DNA of 64,000 nt from Carcharhinus longimanus (GCA_030264375.1 JASCQW010000105.1:37772108-37836107); one strand, 5' to 3'. Shown: positions 12,390 through 25,971, counted from the first letter of the stretch. Numbers and translations are program-made. Notes: generated by a model not told the origin, from the sequence alone.

Positions 12390-13000
12390 GCATCATATAA
12401 AAGTTACAGCACAGGAGGTGCCATAAGGCCTGCAGGCCCAGCATGTTATTTGCAAGAGGCATTTAGTTAGTCCCACTCCTCTGCCCATTACCTGTAGCCC
12501 TACAATATTTTCCTTTCAGTTAATTATTCAGTTCCTTTTGAAAATCATGATTGAATCTACCAGCACCACATACTCCAGTCATCCATTCCAGATCCTAACC
12601 ACACACAGTATAAGAAATGTTTTACTTGGTGTCCCCATCGGTTCTTTTGCCATTCACCTTAAAACGATGTTCTCTGGTTCAAGACCCTTTTTCCAATACA
12701 AACAGTGCCTCCTTATCTATTCTGACCCTCATGCTTTTGCACCTCTATCAGGTCACCTCTCAGCCTTCTCTAAAAAGAACAGCCCCACATACACCTACTG
12801 TCCCACTGCAGCTGCACCAGTTCCAAAATTGTACTCTTGATTTTTATGTTGTCTCTCCTTACTCTTCCTACTTCACGCTTCTCTTCATTACATTTCACCT
12901 GCCACTTACCTGCCCATTCCATCAAATATGTCCTTTTGAAGTTTAAAACTACTGAAAGTTAATTCACTTCCAAGCTTTGAGTTCTCTGCAAATTTTGAAA
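12390..13000 (-). mobile_element. CR1 LINE 3' fragment
   Basis: Tail 'aagttacagcacaggaggtgccat' and RT C-terminal motifs. Confidence 0.7.
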
Positions 13001-14439
13001 TTTGAATAGCCAGAATTAGATTTGTAGCCACAAAACTTATCTATCTAATGATTTAACAAATGTGGCTGCAGCAGCAAGCAGCTGTACCACGAAATGAAAG
13101 ATGGGAAAAAATATCTTGGATCTGTAGGCATTGTCTGGCAAAAAATAGTAGAGTGTCTGAAAAACATTTGCCTTTTGTGTATGTCATTGTACTCAGTGGA
13201 TAAGGTGCACATTACATTAGTTTTCTTGTTCAGAAAATTAATCTGACAGACAAATGCTGTGAATATTTTTTCAAGTCTGGAGGCACCTTCTATCAACCTG
13301 CCCTAATAAAAATTCAGAAGCCTGTATTTCAGATGGACACCGCCAACTGACACTGTTTCTCATACAGCCCCTGTCCAGTTATATTATGTCCTCCACTGCA
13401 TGTACACTGAGATTACTACTCTTGTTTTACGTAAACAGTGGTAACTGGTACCCATTGTTATTCATGCAACAAAATTCAAAATTCTTCCCAAAACTCTTTC
13501 ATATGCAATGCTCTGTAAATAGCCTGGGGTTGGCTCAGCTCAATTCACGATTAATAGCATGTTGCAATAGATTTTCCTTGGCTTTAAAAGACCTATATGA
13601 AGTTGCAGTGCTATAAATAGCTTGGATAAAGAACTTGGCTTATTTCTGTGGGTCGCTTAGTCTCACACCAGCCATCTGCAAACTACTTCCCTAAGGTTGA
13701 TAACCTGATTGAGGTACTACCTTAAAAATTTCTTCACAAAATTATACAGAGGTTGTTTACAAACAGTGTTTGAATAATTTCCAGCATATTGGCCTGAATA
13801 GCAGAACAAAAGTTTATCAAGGATATTACCTTTTCATTTATGGCTCTGCATTTGAATAGATGAGACAAGACACCCTTTGAGCATGCCCAACATAGTCCTA
13901 GTAGCACGGGATTGCAGAACAGAATTGCCCATAGTACAATGCATATTAGCAAACTACATCAAAAGTAACAAGAACAAATGGTTTGGGATATGCTAACAAA
14001 AATTCCCTGCAAAATAGAAAAGGCGCTAAAAGTAGGGTCATTAAAGAGGCCCAAGTTATGTCTCCACCTCATGATGTCTACACATGATCTGGGAATGCCA
14101 AAAATTAGAAGTTATTCCATTCTGTAACCTTGATGCAGAAAATTTTAATTTCATCCCGGATTCAAACCCAGGAGCCAGAACTGAAATCCTTCTGACTTAG
14201 AAATTTTGTACTTTTTTTTGTTATAGTCATCTTATACTTCAGTTTTTCTGTTATCATATTTTTCTTCACCAATCCCAAAACATTTGTTTCTCTTGTCCCC
14301 CTTCCTTGCATATAATGCTATTCAGAAGCAAAATTTCTCTACTCCAGCTTGGGCCAATGACCTGAAGCACCAGAAGTTAGTGGAACGCCAAACGAGGAGT
14401 TAACATGGAGGCTTTATTCCAGCCAACTGTCAGTCTATA

Positions 14440-16004
14440 CCTATGCTGTATGTTCATTAGCCTTGTAATTTATTTCTCCCAAAATCAAGTAAGAGTTTCT
14501 TAACAGATTTAAATCACAAAATGTTAGTGCACATTTGTGCCTTTTAACGGTCAAACCAATTACTTTGCATAAAATCTTACTTGATCAGGTGAATAAATAT
14601 TTTGACAAAGTGATCACAATTTTAAAAACAAACTACTCAAAGTTGCAACATCTGTATTTTTGAACACTTCCCACTATAACGGGGCAAAAAAACAATCACA
14701 AACCAGCCTCCAATACAGCTCAATCATAGAAATATAACAAACTTGTAGTTCACTTTTAGAGCCATTAGTGCACAGGACAACAGGCTCTGGTGTAACAGTG
14801 ATCTGTAATGCTTATGGTACCAAGACAACTCTAAAGATAAATAAACTTTACATTACTATGTCTCTAATTAAATAAAACCTTTTTTGTTTTAAAATTACTC
14901 TGAAGTCATTTGTAAGCATAGGAATTTTATAATCTGAAACACAATGGCTCCCTTAATGAAGCACAGGGTTTCAACTGGCAGTGGGTAATACTGGGAGAAG
15001 CACACTATACTTTTCAGATGCTAATGCATAACATTTATGATAACAAAGGAAAGCTTGCCCTGAGTTTAGTCATGCAATATTGAATTGAGATACATAAACT
15101 AACATATGCAATTTACTTCTGAAAAAATCTTCCCTGAATATAAATTGTTAAATGTTTCAAAGATTACAATGCTCAACAGTTTTTATTTCATACATAGAAA
15201 ACGTATTAGGAGTAGTGTTTGAAATGACAGAACTCCGTAAAATTTTAATGGCAGGTATTCTGGGAAAAAATAACAGCATTCCATCCACAAATATTTTCAA
15301 GGAATAAATATGCATTTATAAATAGTGTAAATTTACATCAAGATTAGAAACAAAACAAAAAAAAATCACAAATCTTAAGTTTATTCCTTAGTCTATGTGC
15401 AACCCATTTATCTGTGACTTGGCTGTTTAGTTTAACTAGGAAACCAGAACAAATTTAAACATCATGGTTTCAAAATAACAAGACAGATGAACATAAAAGC
15501 AGTAAAAAAAATTCTCTCTCATCTAACTTTTCACATTACAAAATTTTCTTAATAGATGTTGCCCTCAAGAGAGACTTAAAATTCCTAACTACCATACAAA
15601 AATGACCAGCTAAGCTAGTACTTTTAAAGGGAAAAATCTGAATGAAAAAAGATGATGAAACCAATTCATCAGCCCAAGACAGAGTAATACAAAAAAAGAA
15701 TGTCTTCAAGTCAGTAGTCTTTGTGTGATGTTGCCAGTTTTTCTCTGATATATACAAAATATGAAAAGTTATTTATAGGTACAGCTAAAACAGCTTTACT
15801 TGAATTCATTTATCCTGGAAAAGAAGTAGCTCCACTCCTATCCAGTATTGTTGACACTCCGCACTTGGAAGGTTGCATAGACACACAGTTTTCAGTCAGC
15901 AGCCGCATGGGATAGCCAAAGCTCAGTGGTGTAACACAGTGGAAGTTGATGTCACATCCTGAACAGCAAAGATGTTTCACTAGTTGTCCATAAAACAATA
16001 TGTG
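14440..16004 (-). other. KDM6A: KDM6A 3'UTR (distal end approximate)
   Basis: Repeat-free AT-rich sequence after the TGA; minus-strand AATAAA at 15380-15385, 15182-15187, 14469-14474 and 14413-14418. Confidence 0.65.
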
Positions 16005-16034
16005 TCAAGATGAGGATGAAGGCAGAGGAGGGGC
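16005..16034 (-). CDS. KDM6A: KDM6A last coding exon (APPLPSSSS*), human exon 29 equivalent
   Basis: Acceptor tgcag, GCC CCT CCT CTG CCT TCA TCC TCA TCT TGA; human C-terminus APPLPSASS. Confidence 0.95.
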   Translation of the reverse strand, partial: APPLPSSSS

Positions 16035-16120
16035 CTGCAACAGAAAGCACATTATAAATTAGAACAACCTATTTATATTTGATCCATGAAGCAACAATAC
16101 TTTCCTGATCCAGGGCAAGT

Positions 16121-16205
16121 GAATTTCTGAAGTCATATGGGCTTGAAACATTAATTCTTCTTTCTCCACAGACACTGCTAAACCCACTGAGTTTTCTTTT
16201 TGTAT
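16121..16205 (+). mobile_element. short Penelope-like pLTR fragment, family B, with degenerate hammerhead
   Basis: 'ttctgaagtcatatgggcttgaaacattaattc...tctccacagacactgctaaacccactgagtttt' aligns with 42501-42600 and the reverse complement of 38810-38913. Confidence 0.6.
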
Positions 16206-17179
16206 CTCGTATAAAAACGTGAGAATGAGAAAAATGCAGTGAAAATGTTTGCAGGTTTCTATGCAATTAACTGACTTCAAACAAAGAAAGATTTAGTGGT
16301 TGTGGTTTTAAAATCAGGCTCTGCACCCCACATGGCACAGTATTGGGAACCAGGGAGGGGAAGTCACTGTAATTCTGAGGCCAGCTATTATCCAACAACC
16401 CCTACTGGAAGGGTACAAGAATGTTGGTGAGGATAGGACCTGGCATGGCTGCAATTTCATAACACAATGCTGTCCATCATGGTCAAAACTTATGGAAAAT
16501 GGCAACTTGAGTGAAGTAGCAGTGCAAACATAGTTCAAGCATTGGATTACTGACTAGCAAGGATGGTGAAACTGCAGAAGGTTGACAAAGGAAGAAATTA
16601 TAGCAAGTTAGTAGCCCTCTTTCCATTTTTGTGTATTCAATTTCCTTTATTTTCCTGTTTGTAAATACAAAGTATACATATGTTAATTAGCACTGAAGTT
16701 GCTGGTAGAATTTTGCACTTTTTTCTGTTTTATATTGTTTTCTTTAATTAAGTATTGACTCCCAGACTGGGCATGATTCCAAAGATGCTAGTCAGGTTCC
16801 AGTACCTTGATCCAGTGTTCTTTATTCTAATCATCTTCAACAGTCATTTCAGCAGGCCATTCAACTGTGGAAGATGCCACAGCTGAGCTCAATGTGATCT
16901 GTATCAGTGTTCACCTACATGCAACAACCATAAAGGTAACTGTACAAAGATCAGGAGCAAAAAATCCTGGATTCTTTTTCTTGCCTGTCTTCAGGGCAGC
17001 ATGGTCAATTGTTCTACTCCCAATGCAATCAATTAAACTAGCACGGATCAAGGATTGAAACTGGTTTCTGTCTGATCGGTCAGAGACCAAGTTATTAATA
17101 AGAATTCGCGAACCACCAAAGAACTTTCTAATGTTTACAGTTATAACAAGATACTGCCCGTTGTAATGATCAAACTTAC

Positions 17180-17350
17180 TAATGTGAACTGGTCATAGAT
17201 TTGCATCAGGTCCTCCATTTTGTATTGTTCCAGCACTACAAAATTGTCAAGGTCTCCACTGGCCTTACGAGCACAGTCCTGGCAATGCACTACATAGGTC
17301 TTCCGTGAGTTACTTTCATTAGTGACAAAGAGCAGATCAAAAACTTCCAC
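17180..17350 (-). CDS. KDM6A: KDM6A exon (VEVFDLLF...HCQDC...YDQFTL), Zn-binding domain, exon 28 equivalent
   Basis: 171 bp, AG/GT boundaries, near identity to the UTX C-terminal domain. Confidence 0.97.
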
Positions 17351-17639
17351 CTGTTGCACAGAAATAAATATTACAATATGTTATCACAGCATTTGTTTTC
17401 CTGCAATTTTATGTCATAATTTCTTTCAAGATTACTGGATTGTAATCATTTCCACTTGTTCATGTCATGCTGCCCCATCACCCCAAGTTTTGCTACAATG
17501 CTTTCATAGAGGTTTGTCCAACCCTTGGCCTGCAGGCCACAACCTGATTCCTGAAACCTCTGTATTCAACCTGCAAGCTCCAGAGACTGTTCTCTTCTGT
17601 TTGCAGCTGATTGCTCACCTTACCATCAAGTCAACCAGA

Positions 17640-18455
17640 GAAACATAGAAAATAGGAGTAGGTCATTTGGCCCTTTAAGCCTGTTCCACCATTCATTATA
17701 TTCATGGCTGATCATCCAACTCAGTAACCTGTTCCTGCTTTTCCACCACATCCTTTGATCCCTTTAGTCCCGAGAGCTATATCTAACTCCTTCTTGAAAA
17801 CAGTGTTTTGGCCTCTTCTGCTTTTTGTGGTAATGAATTCCACAGGGTCAGCTCTCTCTGGGTGAAAAAATTTCTCATCTCAGTCCTAAATGGTTTACCC
17901 TGTATCATAAAATTGTGATCCCTGGTTTTGGCCTCCCCCGCCATTGGGAAGATTCTACATGCATCTACCTTGTCTAGTCCTGTTAGAATTTTATAGGTTT
18001 CTATCAGATACCCCTCTTCATTCTTCTGAACTCCTAACTGACTCAACCTCTCCTCATACATCAGTCTCTCCGTCCCCCTTGCCCATTCAGATAATAATTT
18101 CCCTTCCTGAAAGGGGGTAATTTCGCATTTATCCACATTATACTACATTTGCCATGTATTTGCCCACTCACTCAACTTGCCTAAATCACACTGAAGCATC
18201 TCTGCATCCTCCTCATAGCTCACCCTCCCACCCAGCTTTGTGCCACCTGCAAATCATATTATATTTAGTTCCTGCCTCTAAATAATATATCCACATTGTG
18301 AATAGCTAGGATCCTAGCACTGATCCCTGCAGTACCCCATTAGTCACTGCCTGCCGCTTGGAAAAAGACCATTTATTCCCACTCTTTGTTTCCTATCTGC
18401 CAACCAGTTTTCTATCCATCTCAATACATTACCCCCGATCTTATGTGCTTTAATT
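17640..18455 (-). mobile_element. CR1 LINE 3' fragment
   Basis: ORF 17783-18136 'LIETYKILTGLDKVD...FRTEMRNFFTQR..LWNSLPQKA'; tail 'acatagaaaataggagtagg'. Confidence 0.9.
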
Positions 18456-18599
18456 TAAATAAATGGAATACTAGCGCTATTTTCCACTGTGCAGAATGCA
18501 GGTGAGGCTAATGCTCAGTACGGAATTCATGAGGATAAAGGAATCTAGAAGAGTTACCTACAGTGAAACTCAATGAAGAAATCTATAGTGGTCTCTCAG

Positions 18600-19161
18600 T
18601 AAATGGCAGTTAAGCCTTGTGACAGAAAGCAGTCAGCTGGACTAATGAAAGTTAGCCTGGATAGAGCTGCGCAAAAGATGTGGTTGCAGATTGGGAAAAA
18701 GCAGTCTACGTATGTCCTAAGCCAAGACAAAGAGCTAAAAAGAGTCCACGGTCATGAGCTTTAGAAGAGAATTTGGTGTATCATTTAGTCAACAGTTAAT
18801 GGAAGGATCCCCATAAATCTTGTATATTGGAGAATAGCAAAGAAACGGAGGTGGTATCAAATTGATTTCTGGGAACCTGTGGTATAACTTTGGGTGGTCC
18901 AAGGTAAAAGTGTATGAATCATTAAAATTTACTAAGATAAGGAAACTCTGCAGGGAAGTAACTAGTACAACTGAGTTCACAGCATAAGTCTTTATAAACT
19001 ATAGAGTAAAGTTAGTGGTAGGTGCTTTGTTTAATTTTTGTACACAATAAAGTTGATTTTGTTTAAAAACATGGTATTGTGTGACTTAATTTCTTTCAGT
19101 TAATCACTGGGTGTTCAAATTTCTTGTTTAAATGTTAATTGTCTCTGCGGCGATCATAACA
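18600..19161 (+). mobile_element. possible solo-LTR remnant
   Basis: AATAAA near 19046, then T-rich sequence ending 'gatcataaca' (CA terminus); no TSD found. Confidence 0.3.
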
Positions 19162-19369
19162 TATGATGAACACCACTTGGAAGAAGTGTGGAGGATGGCA
19201 AGACTAAACTCTGGCTAAGGAATTTCATCACTAAGAGTGGATCAGTGGCATCAGTATGAGACAAGTTGGCTAAATTTTGAAGGACACAGCGAGAAAAAGT
19301 CTACTTGCCCTTGTCATTATCAGTCTACCTCCTGTAGACAGACACAAATTGCTACTTTACAGAGATGAG

Positions 19370-20470
19370 ATAGCACTGATTGCCCTTGGCATTATCACAA
19401 CATTTGACTGAAAGTAGCATCAAGGAGCCCCAGTAAAATTGAATTCAATGGGAATATTGGGCAGAACTCTCCACTTGCTGGAATCATAGCTGACACAAAG
19501 CAAGATGGTTGTAGTTATTGGATGCTGGTTATCTGAGCCGCAGGAATTCCTCAGCCATTGTCCTAGCCCAAACACACAGTTATTTCATCAATGACCTTAC
19601 TTCTAAGATGACCAGAAGTGGAGATCATCATCAATAATTGCAGTGTTTAGCTCCATTCACAATTCATCATCAATCAGTACTCATGCAGCATGACCTAGGC
19701 AACATTCAGGCTCAAGCTGTTAAATGGCAAAAACATTCATGCCACATAAGTGCCAGGCAATAACTACCTCCAACGAGACAGGGGGAGAGAGAAAAAAAGA
19801 GAGAAGAGGGAGAGAATATCAAACCACCTCAACTTTTACACTCAACTGCATTAACCGTTGAATCCCCCACCATCAATATCCTGCAGGTCACCATTCATCA
19901 GAAACTAACTTGGATCAATCATAACAATATCTTGATTACAAGAGCAGATTGCAGGCTGGGAATTCCGCACTGATAATTCACTTCCTTACTCCAGAAAGCC
20001 CGTTTACCATCTACAAAGGCATACTCTCCACCTGCCTGGGTGAGGGCAGCATCAACAATACATTCAAAAAGCTCAACATCATCTAGAATAAAGCAGCCAT
20101 CTAGTTATTACCCTGTTTTCCACTACCTTCAACTTTCAATTCCAGCACAACTAGCACATCGTTACTGCACCACGTACAAGTTACAAGGTACACTGCAGCA
20201 ACCTGACAAGGGTTCTTTGACAGCATCTTTCAAGCCCTTGAACTTTACCACCTAGAACAACAAGGGAACATCACCACTTGTAAATTTCCTTTCAAGTTAC
20301 ACACGATCATGAATTGGAAATATATTGCCATTCCTTCATTGGTGCTGAGTTAAGATCTTGAAACTCCTAAACTAAAATACATACATTATGCAGACTGCAG
20401 CTCAACAGGGCGATTAGGGATGGGTAGTAAAGCCTGGCCTTGGCAGAGATGCCCATGTCACATTTACAAA
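19370..20470 (+). mobile_element. CR1-type LINE, second subfamily
   Basis: RT motifs 'catcaaggagccccagtaaaattgaattcaatggg'; tail 'gggcgattagggatgggtagtaaagcctggcc'. Confidence 0.8.
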
Positions 20471-20824
20471 TAAGAAAACAGAAGCAGAGATCACAGTCCT
20501 CAATATAAAGGTTTTTAATTCAAACCTAACTTGCTGAAAACATCCTAATTAGTGAGTAATGAATATATGAAACAGGGCTCCTGAGGGAACAATTAGCAGC
20601 AGGGTCTGATTCTTGCAAATTAAGTAGATTTAGAAAACAACACTGANNNNNNNNNNNNNNNNNNNNNNNNNNNNNNNNNNNNNNNNNNNNNNNNNNNNNN
20701 NNNNNNNNNNNNNNNNNNNNNNNNNNNNNNNNNNNNNNNNNNNNNNCAACACTGACATACTGTATGTGCAATTTGAAATGGATCATTAGTGTAACATGCT
20801 TGCAATGAAAAGGTGACATTGGAC

Positions 20825-21160
20825 ATTTTTTATTTGGGTGTCACCAATTCGGTTAGTACTTGTTGCCCATCCCTAATTCCCTTTGAACTCAGAGGCTTGC
20901 CAAGCCATTTCAGAAGGCATTTAAGAGTAATTCACATGTAGGCCACTTTGGGTAAGGATGGCAGATTTCCTTCCCTGGGATCTAGAACAAAGGGCATTAG
21001 TGAGTCAGATGGGTTTTCACGGTCATCATTAGACTTTTATTTCCAGAATTTCATTGAATTCAAATTTCACCATTTGCTATGATGAAATTCAAATCTGGGT
21101 GTCCAGAGCATTACACTGGCCTCTGGATTACTAGTCCAGCAACATTTCAAATACTCCACC
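20825..21160 (-). mobile_element. tRNA-derived SINE with CR1-derived tail
   Basis: Homologous to 54320-54650; tRNA-like head '...ctctggattactagtccag'; tail matches the 3' end of the LINE at 19370-20470. Confidence 0.7.
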
Positions 21161-21209
21161 ATATTCCCTTATCTGGATCCTAAAGTTTTCCATATCTGAA
21201 TCAACTAAG

Positions 21210-21700
21210 GAACACATGCTGCAGCAGGCCATTAGATCCTTAAAACTCAGTCTCCAATTGAATACAATCACTACTGATCATCTACGTCAACTCTATTTTT
21301 CCACATTACTTGTGTATCACTTAGTTCCCTTACCACTCAAAGAATCAATCAAATTTTTGTATTGAACGTGTGTAATAACTGAACATCCACAGCTACCTGG
21401 AGTGGAAAATTCCAAAGAATCACAGTCTTTGGCAGGAAGAAATTTCTCTGAATCTCAGTCCTAAATCTTCATCTCAGTCTTGTTCTGAGACTGTGGTGCT
21501 GCATCCCAACTTCCCCATACGGGAAAAACACTTAGCATCAACCCATCAAGTCCCTGAAGAATTTGATATGTTTCAATAAGATTGGCTCACAATCTTCCAA
21601 ACTCTCGGGACTATAAAACCAATCTGTTTAAGCTCTTCTCAAGGGACAATCTCCTTATTCCAAGAGCTAGTCTGGTGAACCTTCACTGCACTTTGACTAA
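21210..21700 (-). mobile_element. CR1 LINE 3' fragment
   Basis: 'gaagaaatttctctgaatctcagtcctaaat', 'gtctggtgaaccttcactgcac'. Confidence 0.75.
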
Positions 21701-21859
21701 CCATTGCAAACCAATTGCTGTGATTAATCAACAACCCACTATTCTACCAGGTGACTGCTAAAATGGAGGAGGCGAATCAAATGGATCTTGGTCTTTTTGC
21801 GCTTACCTATTCTTGTATTCATGTATTTTTTAGGCATCAGCTAACATGTATCCTTCATT

Positions 21860-22040
21860 TAACAATGACCAAAGCAGATTAGCTGATAATTAACCTCACT
21901 ACCACTTGCGGCTCCTTGCTGTGAGAAAAGTGACTTGTGCTTCCCAATATTACAAATAGTGATTTTATTAAGAAGTTACCTGACTGTAAAGTGCTTTTGG
22001 ATGTGCTGGAGTTAGGAGAGGTACTTTATAGATGTAAAAT
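21860..22040 (+). mobile_element. Deu-domain SINE (SacSINE1/AmnSINE-like) 3' part
   Basis: 'cagattagctgataattaacctcact...ccttgctgtg...ctgtaaagtgcttttggatgtgctg...tatagatgtaa' resembles the recalled consensus. Confidence 0.55.
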
Positions 22041-22722
22041 ATTTATTTTGTTGTTTTAGGAATTAAATTTCTCTGCCCTGGAAACTGCAAAACTCATTAA
22101 TTTGGGGTTGGGCTAAAGCACAGTGTTGAGTGAATACTTGCAAGTTATTCCACCACTTGCAAGTTATTCCTCATCTTTCTGCAGTTTGCCTCAGCATAAA
22201 AGTGACAAATGTACAGTTGTCCATCATCCAGCACTTGCACTCACTTTAATGAGCAAAATGATTTTAAATGATTAGATATCATGTTGTTTTGGTGCCACAT
22301 CCAAGACAGGATCATAAAAATTGAAACAATTGGAATCCAGATTTTGTAGTTGCCACTAATCCTATCAAGTTTAAAATTGAATAGTATATTATGACTAATG
22401 AGCCATTTAAAACCTTATTCCCAACAAGGTGAATTTGTGCCATTATGTTCCAATTTCAGAGAGCTTCCCAATTAAATACAGCCTTGATTGGATACTCAGA
22501 AATTGTAGAAGTGTGACTAAATTTATAATTTCACATTCATTTACAGTGAGCTTCACAAAGATTAAATACACTTTTGTTGATGACATGGGAAGTGGAAAAG
22601 CAGAGTAAAATGGAATAGAACTTAGAATATGATCAATAATAATTGAAGATTCATGAAAATTCACTAGGTTCCTTTTAACTCAAGTTACCATTATCCTCAG
22701 CAGAAAGTTTAAGTTTACTGAC

Positions 22723-22849
22723 CTCGCAAATGCTGCAGTAGTGTGCAGGTTCCTCCTTTGTACGGCCATGCCATACAATTTCTTTGCTTGAGCTAATGAG
22801 TGCTTCCCTTAACATCTGGCATTGCTTGAGGGTTCTCAGCAGGCAGTAC
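22723..22849 (-). CDS. KDM6A: KDM6A exon ([17 protein letters not shown]...HYCSICE), exon 27 equivalent
   Basis: 127 bp, AG/GT, phase-consistent; includes the CSIC Zn ligands. Confidence 0.97.
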
Positions 22850-24718
22850 CTAAAAAGAGACAGAGGTTTTGAACTTTAGCAAAAACGACCTTTCCTATAT
22901 CTGTCTTTCATCTTCAGATATCCTCTCATACTTTGGCAGGAGTCTCCAAAAAGACAGGCAGGCATCAAATATTTTTATGGCCTCCATAGCTTAAGTGGTA
23001 CAGTGCAACTCAAGGTGGCCCCACTGACTATTTTCTTATCTGCTGACATTTTCCTTTTGTTCAGTAGTTCATTTAATGATTCTACCACGGCCACCAATCC
23101 CACATCTGAGGTCATGAGAGAATGGTGGGCAAGGCTGGGATTCAGGCTAATTATATAAGATAGGAAACAAAGAAGTGTTGATAGTAGATTGACTAGAAAA
23201 TTCTCACTTCCAAATTAGCTTAGACCACTGGCCATCAGGAAACTAAAAAGCATAATTAAGTCAGTTGTTTCATAATCAAAATTAAAAAGGCAAACTAGAA
23301 ATAAATAATAAGCCAGATCTTCTGATATCAGAAGCAACCACACACTAAATTTAAGTTGCTGGTGCACGTCAGGACTCTTGAGGAAATCCTACACATGTAT
23401 GTAACTGTGTGAACTGTAAACTTCCAATGGGCTGGTTTGTGTCATCCAGGACACTCTTGTCAATGTCTCTTACACTGAACTCAGCACAACCCAACCCAAC
23501 TCACCACAGCAGCTCCCACGACCAGCCATCACACTCGAACTAACTACCCCCTTTTATCCCACCACTTCTCTAGCCACTGAAAGACTAGAGATCTTCAATA
23601 ACTTACCCAAAAACAGCAGTTGATGCCATAAAAATTGGGAGGGGGGAGCGGGGGACATGATCTATCTATCTGCTGTTCCACTTGCAAGTCTTTTTCTATG
23701 GATGGCTGCACCAAGGCTCTGTTATTCCAGCCAGGATCATATGACCCGGCTGTTAGGGCACAAAATGTAAGCATGCAGCGATCTCCGTCAGTGGCAATGT
23801 GCACAGCACTACCACTGATTTGAAGATCTGACCTAACCATTTCATACCCATGTGCTCAAAAAACTGTGTTAAGAAATGAGGTCAAATTAAGCTTGCATAC
23901 AATGGAGGTTTGTTTTACAATTGTCATGTGGTTAGGGATCTAGTGCCAGTATCAAACACTCTCAGGAAAGGATATTACACTACATGTAAAGTCTTCTCTA
24001 CTCGTGTCTGGTGCTCATTGCAAAAATACACAGCCATTGCACAAGTTGATAATTTAGTTTTGTTCTATACCATCCAACCTCTTAATCTTAAGAATAATTG
24101 TCAGCTCAAACTAAATTCAGACTGTCCGAATGCATCTCAAACAACTTTTATACAACACCTTTAACACAATAAAAAGTCCTAAAAGCATCCTAAAACAAAA
24201 TCTGATTCTGAACCATAAAAGGGATGCAAGATAAATGCATCATGCAATATACAATTTCATAATCAATAATGATTAGTCAGTCACTCATGCCACTTTCAGT
24301 TAAAATACGATCTTAAATACCTAATTTTAAAAAAAGGAATTGCAAGGTTTACATAAAAATGAACCAACATTAAGATGGGCCTATGCAAATTATTTATCAT
24401 TTGGCTTAATGATTTATTTTTCAGAACAGTATCAAGATGCTAACTTCAGGAAGACGATCAATACAACTTCAGTTTCATTTACTCTGCAAAATAAAGTAGC
24501 CTTCTAATATTTGTTTGTGGCCAATTTACTAGATGTAAAGAATGACCTACCAAAGAGCATAATTTTTTAAGCATCCTTGACATTGAATGTTTGTGGAGCA
24601 GAAATAGAAGCAAAAGGTTCTTAACTTTTATTTGTTTTTCATACAAACTGAACAAAACATTGGGTCACAATTTTTAAAAACACGCCCACAAAATATCTAA
24701 AGAGGATCAAGACTCAAA

Positions 24719-25282
24719 TGGGTGGCACAGTGACAGTGGTTAGAACATAAGAACATAAGAAATAGGAGCAGGAGTAGGCCATCTAGCCCTTCGAGCCTGC
24801 CCCGCCATTCAANNNNNNNNNNNNNNNNNNNNNNNNNNNNNNNNNNNNNNNNNNNNNNNNNNNNNNNNNNNNNNNNNNNNNNNNNNNNNNNNNNNNNNNN
24901 NNNNNNNNNNNNACCTCAGCCATTTCCCCATCCCCTACCACTAAGTCCCCCCTCTCATCCTCTAAGGGTCCAACGTTCACCCTAGCCAGTCTCTTCCTTT
25001 TTATATATTTATAAAAACTCTCCTCACAGCGCCAGGGACTGGGGTTCGATTCCCAGCTTGGATCACTGTCTGAGTAGAATCTGCAAGTTCTCCACGTGTC
25101 TGCATGGGTTTCCTCCAGGTGCTCGGGTTTCCTCCCACAGTCCGAAAATCGTGCTGGTTAGGTGCTAAATTCTCCCTCACTGTATCCAAACAGGTACCGG
25201 AATGTGGCGACTAGGGGATTTTCACTGTAACTTCATTGCAGCATTAATGTAAGCCTACTTCTAACACTAGTACATAAACTTT
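24719..25282 (+). mobile_element. V-SINE (tRNA head and V-domain) interrupted by a CR1 insertion
   Basis: A-box 'ggtggcacagtgacagtggttag' at 24719-24742, B-box 'ggttcgattccc' near 25043, V-domain 'tgcatgggtttcctccaggtgctcgggtttcctcccacagtcc'. Confidence 0.85.
24743..25020 (-). mobile_element. young CR1 LINE spanning a gap, nested in the V-SINE
   Basis: Tail '(aacataag)2aaataggagcaggagtaggcc'; ORF 'NVGPLEDERGDLVVGDGEMAE' from CR1 ORF2. Confidence 0.85.
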
Positions 25283-25523
25283 AGAAGTGTCACTGTGGGG
25301 GGCTAAGTAGTTTCAATCTATTGGAGAAAGCTCTAGACCAAAAAAGGCAGAAATCAAAACTGGTTTAAACATCCCTCGTCCAGACAAGGAAACATGATCC
25401 AATTATTATGTAACTAAACATTTTCATAATTTCCATTTAGATACTTCAGACTTCCTTGCCAAAAGTCACAATACCTGACATTTTGAAAATTATATAATGC
25501 GCCCACTGTTGATTTAATACTTA

Positions 25524-25688
<165 letters not shown>

Positions 25689-25971
25689 TTAACTTCAAAA
25701 ATCTAAGTTTTCCACATGTAGCAGATTATCCTTGCACCCAATTTGAGCCCTTAACACACGTGGAGATTTATTGCATAAATCACCCAAACACTCCGTGTGT
25801 CATAATTAAGAACGTAAATACATAAATTGTTACATATAATCCATTCAAAAAATGCTTCTACAATACTTTATTTCTTTTCTTACGGATAATATTTTGTTAC
25901 CAAAATGATTTAATCCTGTAAATGATCTAAATAGCTGTAAAGGTATGAATGCTATGTACTAGTTTGGTTTA

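Noticed and set aside
1-14000. Exons of the expected downstream neighbour DIPK2B (CXorf36) on +
   Set aside because: No matching peptide seen; most short ORFs in the track here are TE remnants or chance
17141-17179. ORF read-through past the exon 28-equivalent donor giving an alternative C-terminus
   Set aside because: A strong GTAAGT donor and an intact final exon explain the structure; no transcript evidence
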